Assembly: GCA_001643675.2 (NCBI GenBank)
Contig: LSRY02000010.1
Coordinates: forward strand, 1,860,001 to 1,924,000
DNA from: Monocercomonoides exilis PA203
Taxonomy: Eukaryota > Protista > Preaxostyla
DNA: 64,000 nucleotides
Reading direction: 5' to 3'
In this document: piece by piece, positions 49,881 to 62,677 of the stretch
Position numbering within the stretch: the stretch's first letter is position 1
How the letters are laid out: each line of letters starts with the position of its first letter
Translations under genes and position numbers: made by a program
The notes under the pieces: generated by a model
Seen by the model: only the letters and a program-made list of their open reading frames with translations
Databases searched by the model: none
What the model was told of the DNA's origin: nothing

Positions 49881-50945
49881 GGCAGAGGAAAGCTCTGTTG
49901 CAGCAGGAGCATCACTCAGAATCCATCTTGTCTTCACTTCCTTCCTCCACCTCATTTCAGCTGCTTTCTTGTTATTTTCTTTTTCTTTTTTCTGAAGAAA
50001 CTGCTTTTGCAGCATCAAACTTGGGGGATTAGCTCCCTCTTTGATTTTTTTTTTTCAATAAACAAAGGAATTGTTTTGTTTTTCATATTTTTATTCTTGT
50101 TCATTGGCACACTTTCCTGTGCCTCAAACAAAGTGAGCTGCAAAACAAAGCATCCAAGTCTTTTCACTTTGATTGATGCAACAGTCAAATAATTGAAAAA
50201 TGAAAAAAAGAATTAAAAAATAAGTTGAATACATCCAATTCAGCAGAGGAAGGACTTTGCGGCTTTCCTGCGGATGCAAAGTGCTTTCTCCTGAACAAGG
50301 CAAAAGCAAATAGCGAAAATCAAAAAACAACGGAATAAATGAACAAATGAACAAAAATATAAATTAAAATAAAAATATTAATATAAACAATGACAAAACG
50401 AACTTATAACTACAAAAATTAAAAAATAGTTGTAAAAGTCGAGTAAAACTACCCTTCAAAATACACAAATCAAAAATACAAGAAAACGTCTAATAATCTT
50501 TAGCCATCACAAATATCAAATATCAAAAGCCTTTCTCTCCTCATCCCAAGGCTTTTTTTGTAAATAGTGAATGTTTAGTGATGAATAGTGAATAGTTAAT
50601 AGTGAACAGTGAGTGATGAATGATAAGGCCTGCAAATAGTGAGCATATACAATTAAAGCACATATATGCAAACGAATATGTATTTCCTTTCACCATCAGT
50701 AACAATATTGTGAATGGCTAATTATACAAAATGCAAAATGCAAAATGAAAAACGAAAAATGAAAAACGAAAAATGAAAAAAATGCAAAATCAATTGCAAA
50801 AATGAAAATGTCAATAAAAATTTAAGAATATTACTCCTCTCCTCCTTTTTCCTTTTTTCCCTTTCTCCCTTTCTTCTTCCTCTCTTCCCCTCCTCTCCTC
50901 CTTCTCCACTTCTCATCTTTCTCCACTTCTCTGATGCCATCTCTC

Positions 50946-53900
50946 TTACACATTGTTGCTCATCTCTTGTTCCTTGTCTTTACCAACATCATCCGAGTTG
51001 TACTTCGATCTTCTCTTCTTCACAACCACCATCACCACAATCACTATCACAACCACTGCTATCACAAACACAATCGGAACCACAACCGCCACAGCAATCA
51101 CTCCTGCGTTTGCCTTCCGTTCGTCTTTCTTCTCTGGTTCAGGCTCTGGCTCCTTCTTTTCCTTCAGATACTTCTCATACACATCCTCTGGCTCAGCATT
51201 CTCATCTGCTGCTCCGACAACCCACCCTGCTTTACCTTCATCGTAGCCCTTTGCAAACTCAAATGCATTATCCTGCTTGCTGAATGAGTCAAAATCTGGA
51301 GCCACAATGCACAACGACGCTCCTGATGTTCCTTTCCCGCTGTTTGTCCCGTCAATCTCCAGTTTGTTCTCTCCTGGAAGCTCAAGATTCCCACTCACAT
51401 GCTTCATCTCAATATATATCGCTCCCGACTTCCCGTTTTCTGCCTTGCACTCCTTGAATGTGCATGCCTTTGTCCTTCCCATACTCACCTTCGAATTCTC
51501 CTCTCCCAGCGCTATCTCCACCCCTGCCGTCTTCCCACTCTTCGACTTCACCCCTTCCATCCGAAGCCCTTCAACAACCACGATCGTCCCTTTTGTCTCT
51601 TCTGCCCCTTCATTCTTTTTGTTCTCTTTTCCTTCTCCTTTTATTCCATTTTTGATGCTCATCGCTGCTCCCTCTTCCACTTCCACCTTCTTCACTTCCA
51701 CATCCTCAATCACAACTTTCTTTGCTCCTTCAACCAAAAATGGTATCACTTTGAACGAAACTGTTTTCTCATCATCAATACATTTAGCTCCTGTCATCTT
51801 CAGTGAGCCTGCACTCACTTTCACAAGATGGATTCCAACAATATCTCCTGTTGCAGGTCGTACAAAGTCACAGTTCAAAATTGAAAGCGATGTTGATTCT
51901 GCATCAGCATGAATAAGCGCTAATCCAACTTCATTGGCTTTCAATTCACCTTCATCTTGTGTAATTGTTGTTGAGAAGTCAAAAATCAAATTCTTGAATG
52001 CTACCGTTTTCTCGCATGTAAATAAATCGTTTTCATCTGTTATTGCGCAGTCAATTTCAGCTTTCTCGTTTGCTCCTTTTGCCTCTGTAATTCCTTCAAT
52101 TGTGATTCCCGATGCTTTATCAAGTGTTATTGCTTCAGGTTTCAGAGCTGCGGTTTCAGTTTCGGCTTTGATGACTTTAATATCAAATCCTTGATCGCTC
52201 GTTTCTGCAAGCAATTCATACGCTTCTTTCAAACTGCCAATCGGTGCTTCCTTCTTCACTCCTTCTCCTGCCCCTTCACTCTTCACAAATACCTCTGTCG
52301 GTTGATCAAAATATTTTATTGTAAAGTCAACATCTTTGTCATCACTATCTCCTTTCGCAGCAACAAACCATCGATTATTTTCAAGCGTGTAACCAGCAGC
52401 AAAACTGCTTTTCATCGCTTCTGCAATGTTTTTATGAATGTTTTCTGGAACATCTAAATATAATCCCGTTTTCTTGATTGATTCAGCTGTTCCAACTGTG
52501 CACTCAGTGAATACCAAATTGCTTCCTGTTTCTGGCCAACTCAATTTGGAAGCATCTCCAATTTCCGTCATCTTCAAATAGATTCCTCCCGATTTTCCAT
52601 TTTCGCAGGTGCATGCAGTAAATGTTGTTGCACCTGTATCTCCAATAGTGAATGAACTTTCAGCATTTTCGCTCTCAACGTACAATGCTCCACTTATTGC
52701 TGTTTCTGTACTGCTTGAAGCGCAATCTGTAAATGTGCATTTGTCCAATGAAACCTCAATTTTATTTGTACTTGTGATTTTCATTACGGCACTTGTGGTT
52801 GAGGTAATCTTTTCCAATGTCAATGATGTCAATGAAACTTTTGAAGCTGTTCCGTCAACCAAAAACGGTGTCACTGAAAATTTCACTTCGTTCTCCAAAG
52901 TGCATTCATCCTGATTCATTGTCAATGTTCCTGCACTCACTTTCACAAGATGGATTCCAACTGTTTCTTCATCTGCGTTTGAAAGCATCCCAAATTTATC
53001 ATTTGGTGTTGGCCGAACAAATCTGCAGTTCACAATGCTCAATTCTGCATCTGCACCTTCTGTAACTATCAATGCAAATGGTCCTGTCACTGCTGGGCCA
53101 TCATTCTTCGCTTGTTCTCCTTCCAATGTCGATGGGAAGTTGAAGGCAAGGCTCCTGAACTCAACTCTCTTCTTGCAAGTGTATAGATCTTTTTTTGATT
53201 TTGCATCACAATCGATCTCCACTTCTGTCTCATTCACTTCGGCTTCTCCAATTGCTTCGTCAGTTTTTTGAACACCCACAATCGTAAGCAATGATAATTT
53301 TTCAAACGTAATATCTTCAGTTTTGTATGCTTTATCCGTTTTGATGATGTTGATCTTGAAGTTTTCTCCTCCAACACCCTCTCCAAACAATTTGTATGCT
53401 TCCATCAGACTTTTCTTTGGGTTGTCATAGCTCAATCCATCTTTGCTATCATCGTCTCCTTCTGCACTCACATATACATTTGTAATCGGATCAAAATACA
53501 CTTCTGTGAAATCAACTTCAGAGCTATCGTCGGTTCCTTTTGCAATAACAAAGCATTTATTTGCTTCTTTCTTGTATCCAGATGCAAAGCTTTTCTTCAT
53601 CGCTGCTGCTATCTCTCTATGGAGTTCAGTTTTCACATCCAAATATAATGCTGTGTTCTTTTCAGTATTAGAAGCTGGATCTGCTTCTCCCGCCGTGCAC
53701 TCAGAAAATACCAAGTTGGTTCCTGTTGTTGGCCATTTCAATTTGGAACCATCGCCGATTTCCGTCATTTTCAAATAGATTCCGCCTGATTTCCCATTTT
53801 TGCAGGTGCATCTTTCAAATTTTGTTTCATCATTATCTCCAATCTCAAATGTGCTATCTGTTGCGCTGCTTTCAACATACAATGCTCCACATGTTTCTGT

Positions 53901-54749
53901 TGTTGTATCTTCCGATTTGCATTCTGTAAATGTGCAGCTGTCCAATTTCACCGAAATAGCTGTATCTGTTTTGCCAACAATTTTCACCACAGCGCTTGAG
54001 CTTGATGTAATATTGCTCAATTTCAACGATGTCAATGAAACACTCGTTACTGCTCCTTCAATCAAAAATGGTGTTGCTGAAAATTTCACTTCGCTCTCCG
54101 AAATGCACTCAACAGTATCTATCGTCAATGAACCAGCGCTCACTTTCACAAGATGAATTCCAATGTCTCCCGCTTCTGGTAGTACAAAGTCACAGTTAGA
54201 AATTGTTAATGATTCTGATCCTGATTCTGCTTCATTTTCTGGTCCTGACTCTTCCTCTTCTTCTTTTGTTCCTGCAACAGCATGAATCAGCGCGAATGTG
54301 TCTGAATTAGCTTTCGATTGGCTAGCGTCTTGTTCTGATGTCGCTGTGATATCAAAAATCAAATATTTAAACGATACTTTATTTTTGCATGTAAATAAAT
54401 CGCTTTCAGCTGTTACTGTACAGTCAATTTCAACTTTCTCATTTGCATCCGCCGAACTTCCAACTCCTTCAATCGTGATTCCAGACGTTTTTTTAAATGT
54501 TATTGCTTCAGCTTCAAGAGCGTTGTTTTCATCATTTGCTTTGATAACTTTTATTGTGAGCCCATCTTCATTTTCGTCAGCAAGCAAATTATACGCTTCT
54601 TGAAAACTTCCAACAGGTGAATCAAATGTGGTTCCATTTCCTTCAGATGCACCGTTCTTTATATACACAGTTGTCGCAGTATTCTCTGTACAACTTGCCT
54701 GCAACAAAACACAAAATGCAACAAATATCGCTGAAGTAATTCCTGTCAT
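50946..54749 (-). CDS. Intronless type I membrane surface (adhesin-like) protein: signal peptide, three ~395-aa tandem repeats, TM helix, short cytoplasmic tail
   Basis: N-terminal hydrophobic MTGITSAIFVAFCVLLQASC. Repeat units recur at ~1,185-nt spacing (GS.xEAY.LL, ITIEG, EIDC, DLFTC, IHLVKVSAG.L, PFL, GKSG(G/A)IY). Val/Ile-rich TM followed by KKRR. Confidence 0.85.
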   Translation of the reverse strand: MTGITSAIFVAFCVLLQASCTENTATTVYIKNGASEGNGTTFDSPVGSFQEAYNLLADENEDGLTIKVIKANDENNALEAEAITFKKTSGITIEGVGSSADANEKVEIDCTVTAESDLFTCKNKVSFKYLIFDITATSEQDASQSKANSDTFALIHAVAGTKEEEEESGPENEAESGSESLTISNCDFVLPEAGDIGIHLVKVSAGSLTIDTVECISESEVKFSATPFLIEGAVTSVSLTSLKLSNITSSSSAVVKIVGKTDTAISVKLDSCTFTECKSEDTTTETCGALYVESSATDSTFEIGDNDETKFERCTCKNGKSGGIYLKMTEIGDGSKLKWPTTGTNLVFSECTAGEADPASNTEKNTALYLDVKTELHREIAAAMKKSFASGYKKEANKCFVIAKGTDDSSEVDFTEVYFDPITNVYVSAEGDDDSKDGLSYDNPKKSLMEAYKLFGEGVGGENFKINIIKTDKAYKTEDITFEKLSLLTIVGVQKTDEAIGEAEVNETEVEIDCDAKSKKDLYTCKKRVEFRSLAFNFPSTLEGEQAKNDGPAVTGPFALIVTEGADAELSIVNCRFVRPTPNDKFGMLSNADEETVGIHLVKVSAGTLTMNQDECTLENEVKFSVTPFLVDGTASKVSLTSLTLEKITSTTSAVMKITSTNKIEVSLDKCTFTDCASSSTETAISGALYVESENAESSFTIGDTGATTFTACTCENGKSGGIYLKMTEIGDASKLSWPETGSNLVFTECTVGTAESIKKTGLYLDVPENIHKNIAEAMKSSFAAGYTLENNRWFVAAKGDSDDKDVDFTIKYFDQPTEVFVKSEGAGEGVKKEAPIGSLKEAYELLAETSDQGFDIKVIKAETETAALKPEAITLDKASGITIEGITEAKGANEKAEIDCAITDENDLFTCEKTVAFKNLIFDFSTTITQDEGELKANEVGLALIHADAESTSLSILNCDFVRPATGDIVGIHLVKVSAGSLKMTGAKCIDDEKTVSFKVIPFLVEGAKKVVIEDVEVKKVEVEEGAAMSIKNGIKGEGKENKKNEGAEETKGTIVVVEGLRMEGVKSKSGKTAGVEIALGEENSKVSMGRTKACTFKECKAENGKSGAIYIEMKHVSGNLELPGENKLEIDGTNSGKGTSGASLCIVAPDFDSFSKQDNAFEFAKGYDEGKAGWVVGAADENAEPEDVYEKYLKEKKEPEPEPEKKDERKANAGVIAVAVVVPIVFVIAVVVIVIVVMVVVKKRRSKYNSDDVGKDKEQEMSNNV

Positions 54750-57729
54750 CAAAACCGATTTATCAGTCTTTTTAAAAATAATATGATCAATTTAAAAAAC
54801 AACTTATTTTGAATGGTACACATTAAGGTTCAAAAATAATGTGATCAATATGAACACAGTATCAGACTGCAAATACTCAAGGTTTACCAATGCAGTGGAC
54901 GGAGGAGAACGGAAAAATTCGGAATAATTGTGTTCCATAAAAAAGTATTGCAAGAAATGTTTTATCGGCTGGGGAACTGATGCTGCAAATGTGCAAGATT
55001 TTTTCGGGCAAGCGCGCAAACGGAGTGTATTTTATTGCCGATGGGTGGTGGGTGATTTTTTTGAGGCATGCAATGCTCAAGTGGGAACAGATGAAAAATT
55101 TATATTTTTGTGGTATCTTTTTTGATGGATTATTGTGTGGAATGTTTTGGAATGTCGCTGCTTGTCTGTCCCAGTGGAGCTTGAGGGATGTTTTGTTTCG
55201 TTCTCGGGAGCTTTCAGAAGGTGTGTTTTGAGTTGTTTGGGTTTGACATATTTTTTTTATTTGGATTATTTTGTTTTTCAGAGGACGTTATTGAAGTTTA
55301 TTTTTTTGCTATTATGGCAATTTTTGAGAGTGACAAAGCCCGGAGCAGAAGACGGTTGGAAGTGGCTGGTGGAATGAAAGAGAAGTGATGGAATGGATTA
55401 TTCTCAATTGTTTGTGGTGGTTCTATGGCTACTACTGAAAAAGTCGCTGACCGTTGGGAAAGATCCTTTAATAGTCCTGTTGCTGCAGGAACATTTTTTG
55501 CCGAGATGTTGAAAAAAATTATCTTGTTGGTGCTGGATTTGAGACAGTTGTGTGAAGAAGATTGGCTTGAAAAAGCAGTTTGAAAGAAGAAGGAATCATA
55601 GTACGAACTTATTATTTTTTTGAATTATTGATTTTAAAATTTTTCTTTATTTTAATCAGGATTAAGTCAAAAGAAGTGAAATAAAGGAGTTTGCAGAAAC
55701 AATAAAAAGCCTTCAAGAACATCTGTATTTGGCACATCTTGTCTGATAATTTGCTGCAAGAGAATTGGAAGAGCAACCAATATGAGTGAAGTGGAAGGGG
55801 TAAACGCGGAATGAACATCATGATTATTTAATGCTTGCGGAATACTTGGAGCTTCTTTTTCCATTGGCACTTTTGATGAAGTTGAATTCAGGTAGTTTGC
55901 TGAATGAGTGGCTCGAGGGCTGTTGAATGTTGTGGAGCTGCTTGGGGAAGCCAGATTGCATCACTCGTTTTGCAGGAAGCCAACCGTTGTTGTGAAATGC
56001 CATTCGAATTGCGGCTTTTCGGGGTTGCAATCCTTTTCTAAGTTCCAACGAGATTGAAAGAATGCTTATTCTGTTTTGATGGCAGAACAAGTGGTAAGTT
56101 TTGGATTAAGAGAATTTTGTGTTTGAAGAAATTGAGCGCGATGAATGCACAGCAATTGTTTGAGATATTTGGAAGCATGACTTGTTGATTGAAAATGTGA
56201 TGGTTTTTTGATTCTTATCTATTTTTTTCACTTCTCATTCAATTAATAAGAATACAAGAAATGGAATACGTTTGAAAAAATATTATTTTTTCTGATTGAA
56301 ATAATTGTATTATTATTGGTATGAAATATGAAAAATATTTATTTTTAAATAAGCTCGTCTCCTCACCTCTTTGAATGATGCAGCCAATCTATTATCGTTT
56401 CTTCCCATCCAATTATTTTTATTAAACTGAAGTCAAAAGAACATCTGTGTAACACCAAAAGAAAAAGAAAAAAGAAAAAAAGCAAAGGAGAAAAGATGAA
56501 ATCATCATTGCCGAAAAAATTAAAAGAATTTTTATTTTTCATGATTTCTTTCTATCTAATTCAAATAAAAAATGAATAAATAATTCATAAATTCGATAAC
56601 ACACCTCAATTTCATCAACCATTTCAATTGTAGTCTGTTCTGTCTTGTCGGACTTATTTCGGTATCGCTCGTACTGTTTCAAGGTTTGCTTCAAAATCCG
56701 CCCTGAAATCGGTAAATCAATGATTATCGTCAAAACGATCTAAGGTGATGAATTTTCCAAAAAAACGAAACAAGTGTCTTCATAGAAAAATACTTGCCAA
56801 GCGGTTACACCATTGAACGATTGATATGTTGAAATGAATTCAAAACTTCCTTTGAAATTAGATTCCGATAATGCAAAAATCTCCCTTTGCCTTCTCGAAT
56901 TCTTTCATCTTCGCTCAACCACAAAGCTTTTTGGAATATAATCTCTTTCAATGCTCAATTTACAATGCTGTTCATTGTTGCCTTGATAAGGTCTCTTATG
57001 CGTTATTATCATGCACCCAATCATCAAAAACTGCGAATTGTTGAATACTTAATCCTCTTCGTCAATCTTCCTTCAGCCTGGATAACCCATTTAAGAAAGG
57101 AACTGATAACAAAATTATCCTTAAAGCTTATAACTTCAGTCAGCACATCATATTTGAAACATTCCCGGAAACAAGCAAACACTCTGAAATAACAGAAATA
57201 ATCATTTCTGACAAGGAAAGCTTCCAGATAACTCTAAATGTGAGGGAAATAAGTGTAATATTTATGTTTGAATTTTAATTTGCAATAATGTTAAAATGCA
57301 CAGTTTAATGTGCAAATTGTTGCTTTTTTGTCACTTTTATGTAAAGTTCAAAAAAGCACCAAATTTCCCCTTCTTTGTTCTACTCAAAATGTTGAAATAG
57401 AAAAAATTTGTTATTTAATGTCGACTATATGTAGGATATTTTTCAATATGTTTAAAATTTCAATCGAAATTCAATCCAGATCCTTTGAATAAATTATTGT
57501 TGGTTCGATCAGACAGAAATAAAACTCTTTCGTATTTGGCTAAATACAACCAATTTTGCAGCTTCTTTGTGATTTATTTTTTAATACAGATTTTTTTACC
57601 AATCAAAGGAATTGAGTTTGGACTTTATCTTTGTTTTGTCAACAATCATCAATATTTGTTTTTCTGTTTGTTTTTCTGTTTTTCATTTGAAATTTTGCGG
57701 CAAATTGATCTTTGCTAAAAATAGACAGA

Positions 57730-59219
57730 ATGGAAATGTGTGATGAAGACAAATCCAATGACAATGTTCAAGGCCCATCTCTTGCAGACAAGTTTTCAAG
57801 TTTGTTCATTTTACTATTTTTTGAGTGTTCAGCGCTTTCCATCAAAATAAATTTATTGAAGAATTGTTTTCTGTGCTGGAGCATTGCAATGAAGATGAAC
57901 AGAGAAAGAAAATGAAGAAATGAACGGACTTGAAGAGGAAATGGACGAAGAAATGTTCGATTCTATTTTAGAAGAAAGATTATTCGACAAAACGGACAAA
58001 ATGATTGAAGAAGAGAAACTTTCAATGGAAATGCAATTTTGATGCTGAAGTGTTTTGGATATCACGATGTGCAGAAAAGAATTTGGGACAGTTGTTTTCA
58101 CATTTCTTCATTGAGCAAAAGGTTCAAAAAGACAATTGAGATGAAGTTGAGAAGAAAGAAGAAAAGGATGAAATCCTTTTGACTGATATTTGTGAATGCA
58201 CTCTTTTGCTTGACTACATGTTTTTTTCAGAATTGATTTTGATTTGCTTGCCTTGTCTTCTGAAAGTTGCATTGAGGAAAGAGGAAGACGAGGAAACACA
58301 AAAAGAAGTGGAAATGGCTTTGCTCGCTTTGAGTTGCATTTACTTACATTGCGTTTGAATATTTCAATTTTATTTTTGAAGTTATTGAATTATTTTTTCC
58401 TCCTTTTTTGCATAGAAAATGAAAAGAGAACTGTATCTGAACGAGGTCAAAGAAATTATCGAACATCATCAGGAACATCTCAATCTGACACAATTTTCTT
58501 ATCAATCAGCTTGGATGTTTTTGAAAAACAGATTGAAGCATAATGAAAGCTTGAATGAAGTCATCATAAATGAGTTGCACTTTATAAAAGAAGCAATGAG
58601 AGAAATGGAATATCTGTCGAAGCGCGTGAGTGGGAAGAGAAAAGAATTGAATTGAGCGAAATGAATACAATAATGAGATGGTAAAGAACAGTGGATTTTC
58701 GTTTTTTCCTGCGAAATACAGAATAAAGGACTTGTTGATCTTATTGGCATCATTGGAGAAGTTTTGCACTCGGCTAAGAGTTATCAGGGAAGAATAAGCA
58801 GTCCATGCATTGATTTATTAAAAACAATTGCTTGTCTCTATGCAAAAGTTGAAGACTTGCTGAAAAGTGGAGCAGTTGATGCTGTTTTAGAGAAGATTCA
58901 GTGGAATACTTTGCATGAATATGTAATGTACCAATGCTTGCCAATTTAGATGAATGTTGCAAGAAGGTTGAAAAAAGAGGAGTTTGACGAGTGAAATGAA
59001 GAGAGACATGAAGAGAAATATGAAGAGAGAGACGAAGCGAACAAAGATAAATTGGAAGAAGAAAAAAGAAAAGAGATGAAAATGAAAGTTCATGAAGAGA
59101 TGGAAGAAGAAGGATACGAAGATGTTATCTCAGCCTTTCATGAAATATTTGATTCTCTCAACGAAAGTTTCCATGATGAATTATCGTTGGATATTTCAAA
59201 ATATTTTGTGAATGTTTAA
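57730..59219 (+). pseudogene. Second degenerate copy of the same lineage-specific helical multigene family
   Basis: Same motifs and similar intron positions as the copy at 48.3-49.9 kb. Ends ...EEMEEEGYEDVISAFHEIF...LSLDISKYFVNV* (TAA at 59217-59219). Many frameshifts and stops. Confidence 0.72.
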
Positions 59220-62200
59220 CCAGGTTTATTTTATTTTATTTTGAGACTCAAAAATTACAACTTTTTCTTTTTTATTCATTTCTCAAAATGAGAAGAAAAA
59301 AACAGTAGAATAATTTTTAATAAAGTTTTTGCTTCATTTTTCATTATAAATGAAATATAACTTCTTTTCTTTTCTTTCCTTCAAGAATCTTCATTGAATG
59401 AATTGTTGTCCTGCATCTTCTTCAGTTAGATTCGTTTTCAGACGGATGTTCATTACTCAGATATAATTTTTTGTGATGTGTGGTTCGTTCTGTTTATTCA
59501 ATTTCTTATTGTATTTAACAATTTCAAGAAAAAGAAGAATGAAATGATAATTCTTGATAAGAATTCTTAAGCATCAAAGAAGATATGTTTGCTGTTGAAT
59601 CCAGTTATCAATATCGTTCACTTGGAATAAATCAGAAATAAATCCTCTGCTGAAATAACAAGATGTTGTTGTTCAAAAAACGCTTGAATAAAATAGTTAA
59701 TATCAATAAAATTCTTCCTTCATCTCAATAATTCTTTATCCAATCCACAAAGCGCTTGAAATAAAGTGTTCTTTTCAAAAATAAATAATAAATTAATAAA
59801 TTAATAAATTAATAATTTATTTGACTTTCAATTTCTTTCATTTCTTCTACAAACTATTTTTTCAATTGATTTATAAGCTCAGTAGTTTCATTTATAAATC
59901 AATATTCACTTGCTCGTTCATCAAATTTGAACGTTTCTCTTCCTGACTTTTGAGTAGTTTTTCGTTTTTCTGCTTCTTTTCTCGTTATACCAAATTACAC
60001 GTGATTTCAGAGAACAAAAGAAGAGAAGTCAAAGATTGGAGATTTATCAGATGAAGGATAATTCAAAGAAAATTTTCATTGAAGCTCTGTTGAGATTTTT
60101 AAAAAGGCGGAAATAAGAATGATTGTAATTGAAAAAATGTTAATTTCATACGATTATCAAAATATGCAACGTTGGAAAAACATCACTCAAGAATGATTTT
60201 CCTTCAGTTCCTTCCAACATCAATTTGCATCAAACAGAAGACTTTGATATGTCTGTAAATGAAGTAGGTTCATTTTCACCTGCAAACAGCACGAAGGCAT
60301 TCCTTTATAAACAGCAGATGTTTGATCTGTGGCACCTATTTTAGGCTGCTTCTGTATTGCTTCCCCATTATTTCCGTTTTTGTTCATTTGATCTCTTTCA
60401 TCATTTGATAAATGCAATTTTTGCTTCTCATCCATAAAGGAAGGCTTTTTCCAACATCTTCTTTTTAAGTTTTTCGTTCTCCTGATTTTTTTTCTTTAAC
60501 ATCGCATTTCCATTGCAGTTAAAATTTTGTTTGAGTTGATTGTGAAAGGTCGTTCATTTCAGGCTGCTGATGCATCGATGAAGATAAGATTATTTCAGAA
60601 AAGCGCAAATAAATATTAATGATGACAGATATGGATATGCGCAAATGCTGTTGGAGAAAAGTTTGTTGAAATGCAGGTTCATTCAAATGACCTTCTCTTG
60701 TTTTAGGTTCTTTGATCACACATTATTCAGCTTGGATGTCTTCTTCTTGCAATGATATTTTGAAGTTTTTCTTGAAAGATAACTATTTTATGTGAAGTCG
60801 CAAATTATAAGAAGGATATTTGTTAGCGATGAAGCATCAATCGCAGGAAACTCGGTATGATAGGCATGTGCTCGGAAATAGACTAATATCAGTTTCAAAG
60901 TCCTTTTCCGAGTTGATCAAAACTTTAGTTGCATGCAGATTTGAATAGTTGAAACTATTTTAAGCTTTTAATAACTAAAAAAGTTCAATTTAGTTGCCTT
61001 AATCAATAATATTCATGAAATTTCAAGTGAATTTTTGTAGTAATCTGCCTGCGTATCATTATATGTCAAAAATTATAAAAATTCAATATTTTTCAAAATA
61101 TTTAAATAACGAGCTTCAAAAAAAACATGAAAAAATAAGCATACAAAATGTATTCTAGAACTGCATTTTCATTGTCCAACTGTGAAATTTTTGCATCTCT
61201 CAAGCACTCCTGATCAAAAGAATTCTCACGCAGTTATGACGAAAGGTTATGGATTTTTGTTGTAGATAAATTAAGAAACATGACCCAGATATTCCAGGTT
61301 GAAAAATGAGGAGGAACAAAAATGTCTATTCTTCAAACAAAATGGTCTAATAATGAATGTTAAGGAAAGTCATAAATAAAATCATTCAAACGGTCTGTGT
61401 GCAATGTAGTTGTAAATAACATGCAGTTGACTACTCAAATATTCAACAAATTAGCAAAACGTTATCATCTCACAAGCGGTGTTATTATTTTCACCTAATG
61501 ATTAAATTTAGTATGTAACATGATCATATTTTTCATCAAAAAGAATATATGACCAAAACATTTTTTTTCATGGATTTTTCTCTTTATATAATGTGGAAGA
61601 TGACGTTGTATGGCTTTTTGACCATTAATAACATGTTGAAGAGAAAAACCACAAAAAATTTTAAAATACTAATTTTTGACGATTTTGATTCAAGAACATT
61701 GAAGTGTAAAAACATGACTTTGTATATTTTTTGACAAATGGAAGATAAAGAGATTGCAATGAACAAGGTTGGATCAAGAAATAATGGAAGCGTTGAAAAG
61801 ATAAATCGGATTTATTCAAACATTAACAAAACATACCAAACAAAGATAAAATTTTCACAAAAAAGTATTTTTTTGGAAAATTGAAAGATGACACAACAAT
61901 ACGAAATTGATTACACATAATGTTTCAATGGTAATGATAATAATTATTTGTAGGTTACTTAGGAAAAAGGGGGAATCATTTTTCATCTGATCATTTCCGT
62001 TCATTTTGAGTTTTCTATTTTTTCTTTTACTGATATATAAGACTGGTTTTTTGAGGTGAAATGGATTATAACATGAATGATATATCACTATTGAAACTTT
62101 CATCCAATATGTTTGGACTTTTTTTTTTTACGAAAATTTTTTTGAAAAAGTGTGTGTCAGAATTTCGAAACTCAAATAATTGTGTGTCTCGATGGAGATG

Positions 62201-62677
62201 GGGAATTGAGCCAAATCCTTTCACCTAAATCTTAGTTATGAATTATCGGTGATATTCCAAAACACAGAAAAAATATAAAAAATTACAAAATATTCACATT
62301 AATTGACTTTTCTTCACTCAGGTTATTATAGAAAATGAGATAAAATGAAATTTTATAAATTTGACTCAGAATTTTCATTTAAAATAAAAATATGGAATAT
62401 ATTAGTTAAGTGATATAGTGTTTATAGAAATAATATCAGGTTAATATCTGCAGTATTCGTGGAGATATGAATTTTTGAATGATTTTTCAGTCATTTTCCA
62501 GTCAAACCAGAAAATATTTTTTTTCTCTCGAAAGTAAGGTCTGTCAACAATGCCACATATCAACATCCTCTAGTGTACCAAATGTGTGTCCACTATTAAA
62601 TAATCCATAAAATACCATGGTTCGAACCAGAGTTGTAAAATAAAAGTTATCCCCTTTGTAACTTTGCTGTCACGGGA

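Noticed and set aside
62400-62677. Group I intron at L2449 or L2437 upstream of the 28S fragment
   Set aside because: The junction is not at GGGAT^AAC, there is no terminal omega-G at the homology boundary, no recognisable catalytic core, and no 5' exon in the window.
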